From contig OZ281497.1 of NCBI GenBank assembly GCA_965637545.1, positions 5,208,001-5,272,000 of the forward strand: a DNA stretch of 64,000 nt, read 5' to 3'. Position 1 is the stretch's first letter. Each line of letters starts with the position of its first letter. Shown here one piece after another: positions 1 through 15,036 of the stretch. A program made the position numbers and the translations under genes. The stretch is from Phallusia mammillata. Taxonomy: Eukaryota. The notes below the pieces were generated by a model, which had not been told where the DNA came from, made no database searches, and was given only the letters and a program-made list of their open reading frames with translations.

Positions 1-159
1 TTACGTCTCCTATATTTCCCACGCCAACCATGTTCAACGTGGGCGACACAATACAATACCAATGTGTTGAACCCCACATTCTATTTTCTGGCCCCACTTC
101 CAATACATGTATTGGCCCCGAAATGTGGACAAGCTCCCTGCCTCCAAGCTGTATCGTGG
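1..159 (+). CDS. Penultimate exon (5'-partial) of a Sushi/CCP-domain protein
   Basis: Frame starting at nt 3 reads TSPIFPTPTMFNVGDTIQYQCVEPHILFSGPTSNTCIGPEMWTSSLPPSCIV, matching the CCP pattern (F..G..I.Y.C......G....C.....W....P.C). It ends in a phase-1 donor G|GTAAGC at 159/160. Not in the ORF track. Confidence 0.88.
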
Positions 160-794
160 GTAAGCAATATACGCCTTATGTCTGTTGACTTCTAAAACAT
201 ACGTAAATTAGCAGATTCCCGCCGTAATTATAAAATGAATAAACATGAGTAATTCAGGTGGGATTTACAAATTATGACGTAGGACTTTGACATGTACATT
301 TGATTTTAATTATAGTCTGTTTGGGCCAATCTATGCTGGCTTTAAGGAAACCTTTTTTAATTGCTGTTTTCGTTTCTGATGATATCACGGTGACAGTGAA
401 ACATGGCGCAACAGTATTCACATTTTCTGTGACGTTACGTAATAGCATCCAATTAAGCGCATTTTTGCGATTTTTACATACACGCTAAGCAAGGCGTTAA
501 CGGCAATTTATTTACATCAAAAAAAAAAAGAAAACCGCCTTTAGTTTGTTTTAACTCATTATTAAATTTGTTTACTTACAAAAAATTTAATCAGGCACCT
601 CCAAAGAAAAAAAGGCCTACTTCTAATATTTTTAATGAATGGAAAAAAAGATTTCTGATCACACAAAATTTTTACGCAGTCTACGTACAAGGGTTAACGT
701 TTTCGACATGTTTGGTATGTACAATAGCTTTAGTTGTAGGGAATAGTTCAACTGTACGTATTTTGGTGACTAATGAAATTTTATATTTTAACAG

Positions 795-970
795 TTTGCT
801 TTCAACCACCTACTCCAGTAGATGGCTCGCATATGCCTGTGCAGTCCACTTATAACGTTGGTATCACAGTAATGTACTTTTGTGGTGTCGACGTTCCGTT
901 GAACGGGCCAAACACCAACATGTGTCAAAATGATGGATCATGGTTGAATGGGGCGCCAACTTGCGGATAA
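795..970 (+). CDS. Terminal exon of the Sushi/CCP-domain protein (one full CCP module, then stop)
   Basis: Acceptor TTTTAACAG| at 794/795, phase 1, compatible with the 159 donor. Encodes (V)CFQPPTPVDGSHMPVQSTYNVGITVMYFCGVDVPLNGPNTNMCQNDGSWLNGAPTCG* with 4 Cys and a conserved Trp; TAA at 968-970. Confidence 0.9.
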
Positions 971-3900
971 AGTTATTCGTGAATACAATGATATTTGTTG
1001 GTTACTTTCGACTGTTCGTTTTTTTTGTCAGTGTTTTCATATGACAGCACATGAATTCTAAAACTTGTACGTACAGCAGCCAAACCTCCAAAAACCAAAA
1101 CAATTCCAAACATTTTTAGAGTATTAGTTGGTTTATTAATACAACTATTGTTTCTCGTTTGTTGGACTTTTCAAGCTTTAAAAAAGCTATTAAGAAACGT
1201 ATTGCCAAAATTGGCCATATCGACACCCCAAACGTTATTAAGTGATATTAAAACGTCTAGTTTGCCTTCTGGTTTAGTGGTCGTAAATCAATGGAGTTTT
1301 TTAATTGAACGAGTAGAGTAGGATGCAAAAATGACGAAAAGTTTGTTTTATTAAACGATTAACGTCACCCCTGTAGGTTTTGTGGCAGACCAAAGAAATT
1401 TCCCAGGTACTAGAAATTAGAAACCAAAACGTTAATTGCCTTTCCATTGTCTTAAAAGGTAAATTCAAACTGTGTTTATGGCCCAATATGTCACGTAAGC
1501 GAAACGAGAAATTTGCGAAATTCCAAGCCTGATTTTAATTGATGTAAAAACAATAGCAGTCGTGCCTACTGAGGTGGTCTGATGCAAATAAACCGAAACC
1601 GCAAATTGGCGATTAAATTCACACTGACGCTAGGATTAAAGCAACTGTTTCCTTTCAATAGATAGGCTCATATCCGCAACCACTTAGCTTGGAAGAACGG
1701 CACTGCTACTTTTATAAGTAAATACGCTGGGTTAACGATTTCTTGTCCGTTTGGGTTGAGGTTATGAGGCCATTTAGCGTTTAAGGAAATTTCTGTGCAT
1801 AATGTTATACTAGGTTATGTCTGTGATTTTCCAGGGTCAAACGCGGTTAACACCACACAAAAAATGCAAGTCATTCTAAAATTAATGTAATTGGGTCTGC
1901 TATTATAATTTAAATATATCTAAAAAAAATTAAAGATAATTGTCGCGTTGTAAAAGGTGTGTAAAGACATCAGACTTTACGTAGTTTGTCAATTTTGCAG
2001 AGGAAATGACGGCTACAAATAAAATGAATATAATGTCGATGCCAGACATATGTTATAAACTTTCCTTAGCTTGAATTGTCGGGTCAGCAAGAAGAAAAAT
2101 TTATAAAATGCGTTGTATATTTTCAGCCTAAAGAGGAGTGTAGCAATATTTTAATGACAAATTGTGCGTCTAAATAATGCCCGCTAGGTGTCAATGTTGG
2201 ATTGGTTTAAGTAAATATTTTCCGCAAACATTTCCAAGCACGGGGAGGAACTTGGACGAATGGCCTGGCGCGCCTGACCCACATACAGACATAAAAAAAA
2301 ACTTGATCGGGATTCGTCCCCGGGAAAATTTACAGGCTTTTTCTGTTTGGCCGTTAACGACACAACAAGTAATATTTTTCCAAAAACTGCCTTCAATTTA
2401 ATGCTCTCTTTGACCACGTAGTTTTTGCTATCAGCCAAAAATATCAGGTATATGAGACAAAGTAGTAAACAAACAAAACTACAACCGCATATGATAACAT
2501 AAGTTTCTGAAATAAAGAACAAACCGTTTTGCAGATGCATTGAGTATGTTTTCAGCCGTCCACCAAAAAACCCAGATAAAAGATATTTTATCCGCCTTGC
2601 ACACACAGTTTATACAACAGTATTGAGAATGTTACAGAAAAACCCAAATAAACCACACAACACAATTGGTAAGTTTGCCTGACCACGACGGACCCCACAA
2701 ATGTTTACAAACGCTTAAAGCATTGCATAACGAAGGTGATTTTCTCTTTACTCCCTAACCACAAGTCTCTTAGTCCGCTGAAAATGAAGCCAACGTTGCA
2801 ATCAAGTGAATCATGCGATGCTTTAGTCCTCTGGTATCCTGACATACAGTAACACCAATCCAATAATACCACTTGAAAATTTGTTGAACAAAAATCTCAC
2901 CACATACAAAAGGTCACAATAATATTAAGTCGTATGGTTTCACTGATCAAGTGAGTTTGTGCTGCAGAAGGTTTGATTGAAATTATTCATAAATTTGTTA
3001 ACATTTAAGAGAAATTAAAGCAAAAACATAACCGCTGTGAAGTAAAATACAAACGTATAAAACCATCACCTATGGTAACCCACAGTTTCAAACAACTTTA
3101 AAGAGATTTTTTTCTAAAAGCGCTTGTGAAAAAGCGAGCTTATGAACAACGGTAAGAAAGCGTTAAAAGTTTATTGCTAAAATTACAATTTGAACCCAAA
3201 AGAAAGAAACTTATATTTCAAATATATCCAAAACAGTCATGAATAAAATAAGTTCAAAAGAAGTATACCACAAACCTATCAACACAAAAACTACTTGAAA
3301 CTATTCTCCATACTGTGAACAGCCAGAACGTGCAAGTCGCAAATGCTTTTTAACAAGTGGAATTGCTCGATGTGTTTAGTTTTCTGCTGTCAGAACACGA
3401 TCTCAATAACGGGCTACAAGTGGAAAGTAATACAAACCATTGTCACTCCGGAAGTTGAAGGGCCCTTACTCTTGCAAAATATTATCATTAGAGCTTAAAG
3501 CCGATACTGTTGCAGCACACTTGTCTATACTCTTCACGCAATGCCAAAACGGAACAATGTGTTTTGAAATGTTGTTAGTTTGCCAACGCAGGACTGCATC
3601 AAAGATAGTGAACCAGTTTTTCCCGCCTTGAAATGGTTTTAATAATCTGGATTTGCTTTGTCATTCTGTAATTGTGGTAATAAATACGATTTTGGTTTAC
3701 TGACACACATAATTTAGAATTTGTGGTAACGGCCGCTTAGGGCAACCATATACGACAAGTCACATCTTCAATAGAAAACAAATCAAACCTCAAATGAGTA
3801 TTTTTCAGCGCTCAGTACAACGGCAAAATGTAAATACGAGCCAATACACAAACTGTATTGGAAATCGAACGTGTTGTTCATGTCACGAACAAAATGGCGC

Positions 3901-6900
3901 ACGACAATTATTATTCATTGCCCGGGAAAACAGCTAATAAAATCTAACGTTTATGCAGATGTCAAGGGCCAAATTTCATGGCCTTTCATTGCGCATATAA
4001 CACCCTTTAACAAAATGAGTTATCTATTATAGTTCAGAAAGCGTGTCAGACGTGGACTCAGAATATCAAATGGTTGTAAATGTACACATGCTCTACCGTT
4101 GTGCGTGAGGCCAATTAATAATGCATGTTCATATAAAAACACAACATCGAACAACTGTATAAATCTCAAGTAGCGTCAAGGTGTCATATCGTAAGACGAC
4201 ATGTTGCTGTAAACAGTGAAATCGTATCCGTTTGACGCTCTGCAGACCCCGGCTTTTGTGGTATCCGGTCTTCACTTTGGTGTCGATTTCGGGCACCATA
4301 GTGATTAATATTGCGACTATTGTGACATGCATGGTTACAAATTAGCGTTTAAAATCTTTATGGATTTGTAAGTCAAAATTTGAAAGCATGAGTTGCAAAA
4401 ATGAACTCGCCATAACGCGGGTTATATATGGTTTCGTCCGGAAATTTATTAGTCATTTTGCCAAACAGTCAAAAACGTTTTCTTGATTTTGTGCATAGCC
4501 TATATTAAAGATTATAATAAATCCCAGTAGTGACAGATGGGCAATTTACGTTTTGTAAATTCTCAGCAAACTTAATCGCTACCCAAGCGAAAAAATAAAT
4601 AAACATAAGCGTTCATACAACCTAAATAAAACCGCCGAAGGCAAAATCGTACGCTTCAGGACCAACCTAAACACATTGAGCTTCGTATTTACTTAGAGAT
4701 TGAACTATCAGTGACATAAGTCAGAAACAATGAGAAATTCCCCACGTAATGATAGTGTTTTAATTGCTGACATTTAGAGAGCACCAAAGCTGTTACGATC
4801 CTGAATTTGCATTGTACCTACTTTTCCAGGGTCGCGACCCTTGGCATATGCCTCAATTTTTGCTTTAAATTACACAAAAAACGGGTTTGGTTCATTAGGA
4901 AATGAGCAGTACATTTCGAATTTGCATATTTACGACCTTTTGACCTGAAATTGTCGCAGGCACCTTTGTTCAAGGATTATCCCCAACTAGTACAGGGTCG
5001 AAAGTGACGGAACTTTGTGTGTTTTAAATTTCTCAGGGAGTGGTCCGATCCTATTGTTCTAAGCCAAAGTATTTTACATGTTTTCCTTTTTTGAATATAC
5101 GTGATAGAAAATCGGAAATACAAAAAGTAAACTGCCCATAAAAGTCCCACGTGCTAGTTCAAGAAACAAATCGCTCAAAAAAGCTCCAAAGTAAACAAAA
5201 TAGCATGTATATTTTTGAGTTAAAATGTAAATTTAATCAACAATGGGAGCTTATAAAAAATACCTTACTTAATTATTTTCGTTTAGGTAACATATTAGAA
5301 ATCTAGTAAGTATGGCTCGCTTAAGTAACCCAAAATTGTTTTTTGAAAAGCATAATATTGTACACAACGTTTACGCTACATCAATGGCTATTTATTACGG
5401 GTAAAACAAATGTGATTTTGGCAAAAAAACAATTGTCACAAATTTAACATGCTCAATGTCTACAACTGCTTCTATTAGTTTTAAAAAGGGTGCAGAAAGT
5501 CCACACCGTTCAGTCCAGTATCGAAAGCTTTTAATATCATCAGGATTACACGCATTCGCATTTGTCATTGCGAAATTCGAGCCTTGGCGATTCACATGAA
5601 ATATTAAAGCGATTTTCAATAAATCGTATATGGCAGCTGCAGAAGGCAGGCGACACAAAAGTACCGATGTGTTTTTTGTTTCTAAACATCCGCAGTTCAA
5701 ACGGTAAATATAAGCCTCCGCTTAACACCTTGAATGTGCCGACATTGTAGGGTTATTTATTACCGAAGTATAAGGTCGTACGATACTCCTTCGCAAGTCG
5801 TGTAGTACCCATGGATTAGGCCATGTCTTACTGCTAATTTAAAAAATAACAACGCCAAACAATTTTTGAACATAATGTCCCAATACTCAAACGTTTGTTC
5901 ATTCTTATATCACAGGACTCTTGTTGACAATTCTAGAAACCATTTTGTTAACAGTAGGGCGCACTTGCCAACAATAGGAATTTGTTTGGATCAAAACAAT
6001 AGTATTCTTGGGTCCATGAGTCTAAAGTCTACGGAAATGAAATATGTGATCTCCCAAAGTGTTTTCAAAATCTGCAAGCTCATAACACAATGCAGGTTTG
6101 AGTTCATAAACAACCTGAACAAAAATGCTGACAATTCGAGGACCACCAAAGAATGTAAAAAAACGTTAAAATGTCGGTCAAAATAGCTTAGTTTTTAAAG
6201 TAGATCTCGACAGACTAGATAAATTTATAAATTAAATCTGCCCCTAAAGGAGGTCCCCTGTTTTTGGAGCTTATTGTGTAAAATTAAATTAATAGCGCCA
6301 GAGAGTCAGATCAAACATTAAACATACAAGCTTCTGTTACCAAACTATACATCTGTCGAGTCAGATGGGATTCGCAAATCAAACACAACCTATTCCCGGA
6401 CCGTTGGTCTATCATTTATACGTGAGTTGTGGTAAATTAGGCAGAGAAATGCATCTTATTGCAAGTCATAGCTCGAAGACGAACGTTTGACTTTGAATAG
6501 TCGGGGGTTTACTTTAGGAAACGTGATTTATGATAGGTGTGATACCTCTGGCAACCCGTTATTTAAACAAGGTCTGAAATTAACTACCGAAACATCAATA
6601 GTTATTATCTCATACATAGGATAAGACAGGGATTCAAACCAATTTTTTGTCCAAAAAAGAGTTTGGTTTAAAGAAGTCGCTCATAGAACAAAGCTTTTGA
6701 GAAAATGTACTTTGATTCCATTTTCAAGCAAACAAACTGTTACATGCAAACTGTTGATAAATGGCATCTGCAACACTTTTAGCCCTATTTTCTTGTCTGC
6801 TTTAGCCCATATTGACCTTTTAACAATCCCGTTCATTCGTTTCCACATAAGTAAGCCTCATCCTTACCCGAAAGCCGCACGTCATTGTGGTGTTTTACCA

Positions 6901-9900
6901 GGTTTAAAGCGGTAAAACACGGTACAATAGAACTGTATTTGACATTCCAAAATGAAAGCCAATGGAAGTTATAACGTAACCGTTGAAGACGTATTTAATA
7001 ACATATTGCATCGGACCGTTTCATGCCATTCGTGTTTCAATTCGCTTGTTCCGCTTATGGAGTGCATGCGTTACCGATCCACAGGCTTTTGGCCGTTGAA
7101 TATTGGAATGGGAACGTGTATCTTTACTTTCTAAGCTTTCTAAGAGATTTTCAACCTCGGATCCGCGTACCCAAATGAATACAAGAAACGTTTTGTACCA
7201 CTTTGTCAAATATAAAATTTTAATCAACTCCAAATTGTTTTCGTTATTTCACAATTACATTAGATTCTCAAAAGGCAGTCGAAAACTATTAACTGTAGTG
7301 GAAAACTATTTATCAACGACAGGTAACGCCTATGTCTTCATTATTTGGAAGTAATTAGAGCATTTAAATGATCTTTATTTGGAATTTAGGAAAGATGTAA
7401 TCGTAAATACCAGGAAACTCTTAACTTTTTTACTGGTTTTACTAATTTTATTCTTTGCAGTTTGGAGTTCGGATTGTTTCGAGTATTTTATTGAACGTTA
7501 CTCTTAAACCAGACGCCAACTGTAAAGGGGAGAGTATTTTTTCTTTCCATGTTTCAGCAAGCTATAATTACGGAATTATTGTCTACAAATTTACGTCGAT
7601 CCGAGAGTCTGCAGCTCGCGGCCCATTCTCACCTGACACATGTTGCTGATAAGACAAGGTGTTTATACGACAAGCTATTGGGGCAGTGAATCACAATTGA
7701 TAATTTATGACATGAGCGTGCCTGGCACACTTGCATCGCGCTCTGCGAACGGTCAATTAAAATTTCGAAAGCCCGCCTATTGCGATTAAAATCTTGAGCT
7801 TTTTCGCGCTATTTTGCGCGGCACAATGCAAAGTGATTGCTGGCGAAACACGGTTTACACTCGATGTAATGAATTATTAATTTGCGATATCGTGCGCCGC
7901 TAGAGGGGGCTGATAAGGGAAAAAGAAAACCTTATGACAAACCAAAAAAGTTGGGGGGGGGGCAATACCTTGCCTAAATTGTACGACGGAATTCACCAAT
8001 GTGCACGCATCAAAAATCTTGCCTGGATTCGTACATAGTAGCGCCTTATATCGAACTCTGCATGTAGACATTTGGGCGAATGCTCTGAGGCGCTAGTCGA
8101 CCCACAAATGGACATGAATGAAAACTGATCCATTTTAAGTGTGCAGTGTCGTGAAACAATTTTAAAGGAGTTACAACTGCTTAAGATTGATTGAGCGCTT
8201 TGGACCAAAAATATTGGACCATTGGTTTACTTAGGAGGGGGATGTGACGATCACTTTACGATCATAAATACGATTACCATGCATCATTAACTCGTCGATT
8301 TGTCTTTACAAAAGGTTAAAACTTTTGCATGATATCCATTGGCCGTTGAGAAGTACGCATTTAGAACGTTTTGTCCCGTTTAGAATAGTTGTGCAAGCGT
8401 AATATAAACTATAATGCGTGTTTGGAAAATATCCCGCTAACATATGGTAACCACATAAATCTAGATGATTTTACTACAACTTTAATATCGCCTATAATTT
8501 ATTTAAAGATAAAACGGTTTGTAGATTATTAAAACTATTGAAACGCAAAGGAGATGGCACTTTACGATTAATAGATGAGGCTATAAAAGGTAGATAGATT
8601 GGCATCGAGGCCAGTAGCGCCACTTTCATTCCATACTATACGTTGACGACCTTTATTTTATTTCAACTGTCGAGCAAGTACGGGAGGCCTTCCATTATCC
8701 GTAATTGATCTGCGGAGTTTTGCCACCGAAATATACTAATTTATATCAAAACGCGGGCAATAAAAGGCCCAAAAAGATGAAATAAGTGATATAGGACTTG
8801 GAACGAAGAGATATTTCATTAGGTAAAATCGTCTGATGCGCTTTTATCATCCCATACATTTAACCACAAGGGTTAAACGTATTGAAGCCACAGAGCAAAA
8901 ATTTAAGATCAATTTCACGGTAATTCTTATACGCGTGTGAAGAAACATATGCGACGCGAGAAAAAAATATTTCAATTATCGTCTAAGGAATCAATTACCT
9001 ACTTAGATGCAAGACAAAAAACATTTTGAAAGAATATAATGATAAAAACCTGTTTTCAGAATATCTAATTTGACTCAAGTAAAATAGCAAAAATATATAA
9101 GTTAGTACAAAAACAGGTCACAGAAATAAAAAAGTTATTTTCACGTCTGAACAAAAACCATCAGATAATTCATGGAAAAGGGTATTAAGGGTAATTGAAA
9201 CCAAACACTTGGCTACTGAAAAACGGCTTCCAAAGCGCAAAAAAGACAACCATAATCGACAGTTACCAAAAGCAAACCGACAGATACCAACCATGGCTAG
9301 CGTGATACCGTAATACGTATTTATGTTGTAAAGCATTTCATGGATTAAGAATATTTGTAAGCAAGACCATTTGTTTCCGGCCAAAAGTTCACCCATGGGT
9401 TACACATGTTGTTGAAAAATAGGTGTGGCCCAAACCGGTACAAAGCCCCCGTTTGTTGTCCACAACTATTTTAAGAACGCAATTTCACAGTGCTGAAAAA
9501 AGCAAGGGTAATACAAACATAAACTATATAGTTGAAAGAAAGGTCAAACTACGATAAAAATGTTGGAGTTTTTACATACAAATGACTTGCAACCTTCAGA
9601 AACGATACTGGTTTAATTTGTTAGTGTTGTTTTTTCAACTGCGTTTGTAGTAAACGTCAAAATTTATCGGACGGTAACACTTTAACATACACAACAAGCA
9701 CAATGTTTTGTCGTGGGTTTGACAAATATTTAGAAACATTAAAGCAATTTGAAAACTTTAAACAAACCTTTAGCTATTTCATAAACATTTTAGTGCCTTT
9801 AAACATTTTTGAAAACATATTAAAGCTAATGAAACGTCATACTAAGGTTTAACTTCATAAAAACCCAGTCAAATTCTGGGCGGTCGTCGCTCGAGCTCAA

Positions 9901-12900
9901 AACGAACAAGCCACAGAAGCGGGTCCGGCTTACCGCAATGGACTTTCCCATAACCAGGTATGACATACAAGTGTCTGTGACGCCAGGAGTCCCTGAGCTG
10001 AACCCAAACAAGGCACCACACCGCCCTTATGCTCGCTTATCCATCGACAACGGATGTTTTTCATTCACGCCTCAGTGAGATGACAAAGTGAAACCAATAT
10101 TACACGAGTTTCAAAACAGTATTACTATTCTTCGGCCACTAGAGGACCCCAGTGTGCCATGAATACTTTATTAAACGCGTCAAACCGGGGTGGTTTGAGT
10201 TTAGGCAACAACGTAGATAGATAAGTACGGCTATTTTAAAAAAGACTGAGCCCATATTACAACCTTTTGTTATAATTAGATTTTGTGCTGAATTATATTT
10301 TTCTAGATACAGCAAACTTACATCCGTATTAATGAAAAAAAGTAAACAATTGGATTACTAAATTAGGTTTTCTTGTGCGTACCTAATGAAACAGCATTGA
10401 AAAAAGTTCTTTCGGCCAGGCTAAAGTTTAAACATAAGTAAACAAATTCACATTCTATAATGCCCCAGAAAACATTAACCAACGAGATCGAAATTTTGTA
10501 GGTATTGTATTATCCAAAAGCAACATAAAGTCATCGACACACCTTGGAAACATAAACCTCTAGTCCCAGATTCACATGCAAAAGCCATGGCGCGTGAAAT
10601 CTCCATCTAGGCGCCGCTGACATGTTCAAAAATCACAGCAATTGTGACACAGTCTTTGTGAGCGGATTAGTCAACTTCTCACCCCGCTGGGACCGTGTGT
10701 GGCGCCTGATTCACCCACCTAGCAGCTGTGGGGTCCTTAGGGGAACCCCGTGGTCCCCTCAATCCTCGTGTGAGGGCAGGAGATTAATCACGATTTTAAT
10801 ACGGAAGTGTGGCAATCGGAGCGCTGTGTTGTCATTGTTGTTACGCTTGAAATCTAATGGGCGAAAGTTAAGCGTTGCTGGGAATAGAAGCCGGACGCCT
10901 GCGTAAGTTTGGCGCGACGTTAGAGTAACTACGCTCAGGGTGACAGTTGATACGGCGATGACCGGTCTGAGCTTTAGGTGACGAGGCGGGGAAGTAAGTA
11001 GAGCGTGGACAAAACCGAGACTACACGGGCTTTCTAGAAACCTGAGTGCGCTGTTTTGTTTTGTTTTCACGCCGGCGAGAATCGCTAATCTCCTTGATTA
11101 AGCTGTATGTTATGACCCGGTAAAAAGTCTTTTGCCCTGTCAAAAATCGTTATTACAAAAAAAAAACTATTATTGTTCAGGAGGTTTTGAGGTTAAATTT
11201 TAGTTGCTTGCTGTCTGACATGGGACGCGTATACGTGTAGGATGTTTTTGTCGAATCAAGGCAATGAGTAATAAAATAAACAATACTCTTTAGGGGGCAT
11301 TGTTATCATATTGTATTCGTAAAAGTTATGTTTAAAACCACGATTTAAGGCTTATGTTTATTAAAAACATGCCTTAAATGGAAACTGACGTAATTACAGA
11401 TGGATACTATATGTAGTTTTTTTTATAATTACATCTCGCAATCAGAGCAATTTCCTATTGGACTATGGGTGTTTGGGAATACCCGCAGCCATCGGCAAAC
11501 TGCAAAGACCGCAACGACAGAGTCCACTTGTCTATCATTCAGAGAACATTTAACAAACAACAATTAACCATCGAGCGTTCGCGTTTTAGTCGCGTGCAAG
11601 GACCAATTAAAGCAAAAAGCCGACTTGAAGAAATTTGGCACGGGTCACATAAGTACCTTGATTGCACTGGTCGGAACCCAACATTTAATAACCTACAAGC
11701 TTCGAGTAGTAGCTGAACATGGTGCCAAGTTTGGTTAGAAGGCCTCACCATGGTCACAGTCAAGTGCAATTGCGCACGGCGTGCTTTTAAGGAATTCAAT
11801 TAACTCTAATCTGCTTGTATAAAACAAGCCTCGAACGCCTGTTTACGTTGGAGCTGTCGTAAGCGTGACAGAAGCTAAGAGTTTAATGTCGCCATTTCAA
11901 ACTCACGCCAGGTGTCGATGATAATTATTTTTTAAGTTCAAAGCCGCGATAACTTACGCGAATGTACAACATATTTTTTAGTTAAACTTCAATAGCAAAT
12001 TGAAATATGTACACACCACGCCTTTCAATCAACATGAGAAAATGGAACTTAGACAGGTGGCAGAAAAACAAACACATCAACAATATGCCTATTTTAGTTT
12101 TTCAATTCAAATCACGTTGTAATTCAGTCAACACGTAATAACAATGTGTGGATACAATTGTTGGTGGATTTTCCCCATGTATGAAAGAGTATTATTTCCA
12201 TGTAAAAAAAATCCACGGAGAAACTTTTTACATATCAATGTGAGGAAATTCTATTTGAAATGTCATTGAACCCCAAATACTGTTCCGGACTAATTTATAT
12301 CATTTTATTATAATACTAAAAGTGGATTCTTATTACAAATTAGGAGATCAAATATTGCTCAAAATCTGCGCATAAACTGTCACAACAAAAATTAAAGCTA
12401 CAGCGCGTTATGGATTTTTCGGGATTGTGTGAAGCAATTAACAGACCGCAGACATAGGCGCGACGTGCTGGTTTGTGGCAACAATTTCGGGCAAAATTAC
12501 TGTACACAATCGGCGCGGGGGACAATGCCATGACACGTGGGCAAGTAATCCTCAGGGCCTAATTGCTCGACGTTGGAGAAAACTCTTTGTGCCGAGGCGA
12601 AAACACGTGATCAATTTTGTCACGTTTCAAAACACAAGGTAAACAATAATTGTCGTCAAAATTGAATCATGTGTGTACATTCCTAAGCACCAATTGAATT
12701 GTTTGTAGATATTTGCGACCACGCACATGAAATCGACTGCTTATCGCGAATGGCGAAACAGGATATGAGTTTATGAAACATGCTACAATTGGAGGCTTCG
12801 CCGAAAAGCGTTTATTGGCCAATGGTTTCACGTTCTACACACTGAAGGGCAAAATGTGATTTAATTAGTCGCAGAGCAAAGTAGATTTTGACTGAAAAAA

Positions 12901-14740
12901 GTTTATGTCAAAAAATTACAAGTGAATTGAATAAAACATTTAAAAAGTCGCAGACTTATAACGTATGTATTAGTTTGACCACTAATGGCCAATCAATTTC
13001 TTATTGACCACAAACAACCCATTTTCACACATCTAGCATATTGCAAAAAATTTAACCTGTTAAAGTGGTTTCAACGAGCTTAGTGCAGTCATCCAAAACA
13101 AAATATTTCGTTTTTTATTATTGAAAGGCCTAGTCTTTTATTGGAATTGCAGAACCAACAAAGATATTTGGGATGTGACTATAAATTGGGGTTCTACCCA
13201 ATAAACTATGGTATAGGTATGCTAATAAGGCTAAATCTGTTGGTTTGTTGAATGCATGTGTGCTACCACTAACTTCTGCAAGATGTTATAACAAACACAC
13301 ACACACAAAAAACAATGATTAACCTGTAATCCACGCAACTTTTTGTTGTCGATTTTCCATGGCCAGAATACTAAGTGACGGTTTGCAAAAGACATAATAC
13401 TCGATTTACTTTGTCACTTAACACTGCAAGCTTATGCACTGGTGACATATAATCCAGATACAAAGTAAATAGCCCGGCTATCGACATGATTAGGTTACAT
13501 TTAACGGGCAAAATTGTCGGACTATTTAAATGGACACTTTATTTGTTTTTAAAGAAGGGTTGTCAATTGGTAATAAATATTTTAGGTGATGTGAAGTTCG
13601 GACAAGAGTTTGCAATCTCATGTTTGCTATACAGCATGCTTTGGATTAAAACAGCTTACTGCGTGACTTTCGCTTAGGCGATAAAAAAAATATATTTTTA
13701 CCCAAAATCGTTCATCTTTGTTGCTGATTGATTAAACATATGGGAATCGTAAACCCAACGGTTACATCGAATTTCCGAATTGACGCCTTGCTACTTGTTA
13801 TAAACGACAACCTAAACACAATTTTAAGGTGCTTTACAAACATAATAAAAACTTTAAGATGAAAATATATTAGTAAACGTGTAATTTAACCAGCAGCCCG
13901 AAACAAACTTGCATATTTTGAAGCAATCTCGTTTATTTCCACGCTTAATGGAAATGTAATTAAACATCCAAACATCAAAAATGTTGTAATTGACGGTTTT
14001 TTTTTCGCTTACCATAATTTAGTCGCACAAGGCCTTGAAGACTTGACTGACGTACCGAGAATTTAGGGATAAAATCATTTGATTGATTCTTTTCTCCCAA
14101 CAATCACCGCAACCAGTGTCAATATTATTACCACTTGACTGTAACACGTATTCTTGGCGACAAATTTAGCATAATTTCTAATCCCGTCCGCAAATGACCT
14201 TGTAATCGGTCGCCAAGGTCAAATAGTACTTGATATCCAACTCCCTGTCGGAATTGATCAAGGGAAAACGTACGCTACCGAATTTTGTACAAAAGGGAGG
14301 CTTAAAATTGCACCAGTGTCAAATGACAAACTGAAACAAATAATTCAAGATCAAAGCCTTAAAATCAATACGCCGAAAAGGCGCACGGGTTCATTGAAGA
14401 GCTGCTTTGCAATTGGGCTTTAAGTGTGGGAAAATGTTCACGGACTCGCTGTTGAAGTGCTTGTCGCGGTCACAACACAGCGCGTGTGCCGTTATTCATA
14501 CTCCAATAGGAAAGAGTTACCGAATGGCAAACCGGATTCGTGGCTGTGGGTGCGTCTCCCAAACGGGTCAGCCAAAGGACAAGACGATCTGATGCCTAAG
14601 CGCCAGCGCTCCTACACCTGTAAAAACGTCACTGTTCCTGCGTCAATGGCTGCAATAAATGCAGTACACCAGCTATGTGGTGTTAAATGTATTGCGTTGT
14701 TTCGGCTTTTGCAATATTCATAACATTGTATTGGTTAGAA

Positions 14741-15036
14741 CAGTGGTTTCCAACCAGGGAGGAATTTTGTAATTTGTAGGGGGAATTTGTGTCACAATAT
14801 TAATCTCTTACTGGTTGTCTGTGCTATATTTGTCAGTAAAGTTCATGATATATAGTACTGTACAAAGAGGAATATTAGAGGCTATAGAGCTTATAATGGA
14901 GAGTTTAATTTATGTTCTAAGAATTACATTAAAATGTTAATGTAAACGATATTTTAGCAAACTAAATTTGTAGGGGGAATAAGATTTGAATATCGACTAA
15001 AAGGGTGCACAGGACAAAAAAGGTTGGGAACCACTG
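14741..15036. mobile_element. hAT-type MITE (~296 bp), same family as 57270-57600 in opposite orientation
   Basis: TIRs CAGTGGTTTCCAACC / GGTTGGGAACCACTG. Subterminal GGAGGAATT/GGGGGAATT motifs and an AAAAAAGGTTGGGAACC end are shared with the 57270 copy. No intact TSD, suggesting an older copy. Confidence 0.75.

Noticed and set aside
6884-6928. Small hairpin GTGTTTTACC...GGTAAAACAC
   Set aside because: The 10-bp stem is too short for a pre-miRNA; single occurrence.
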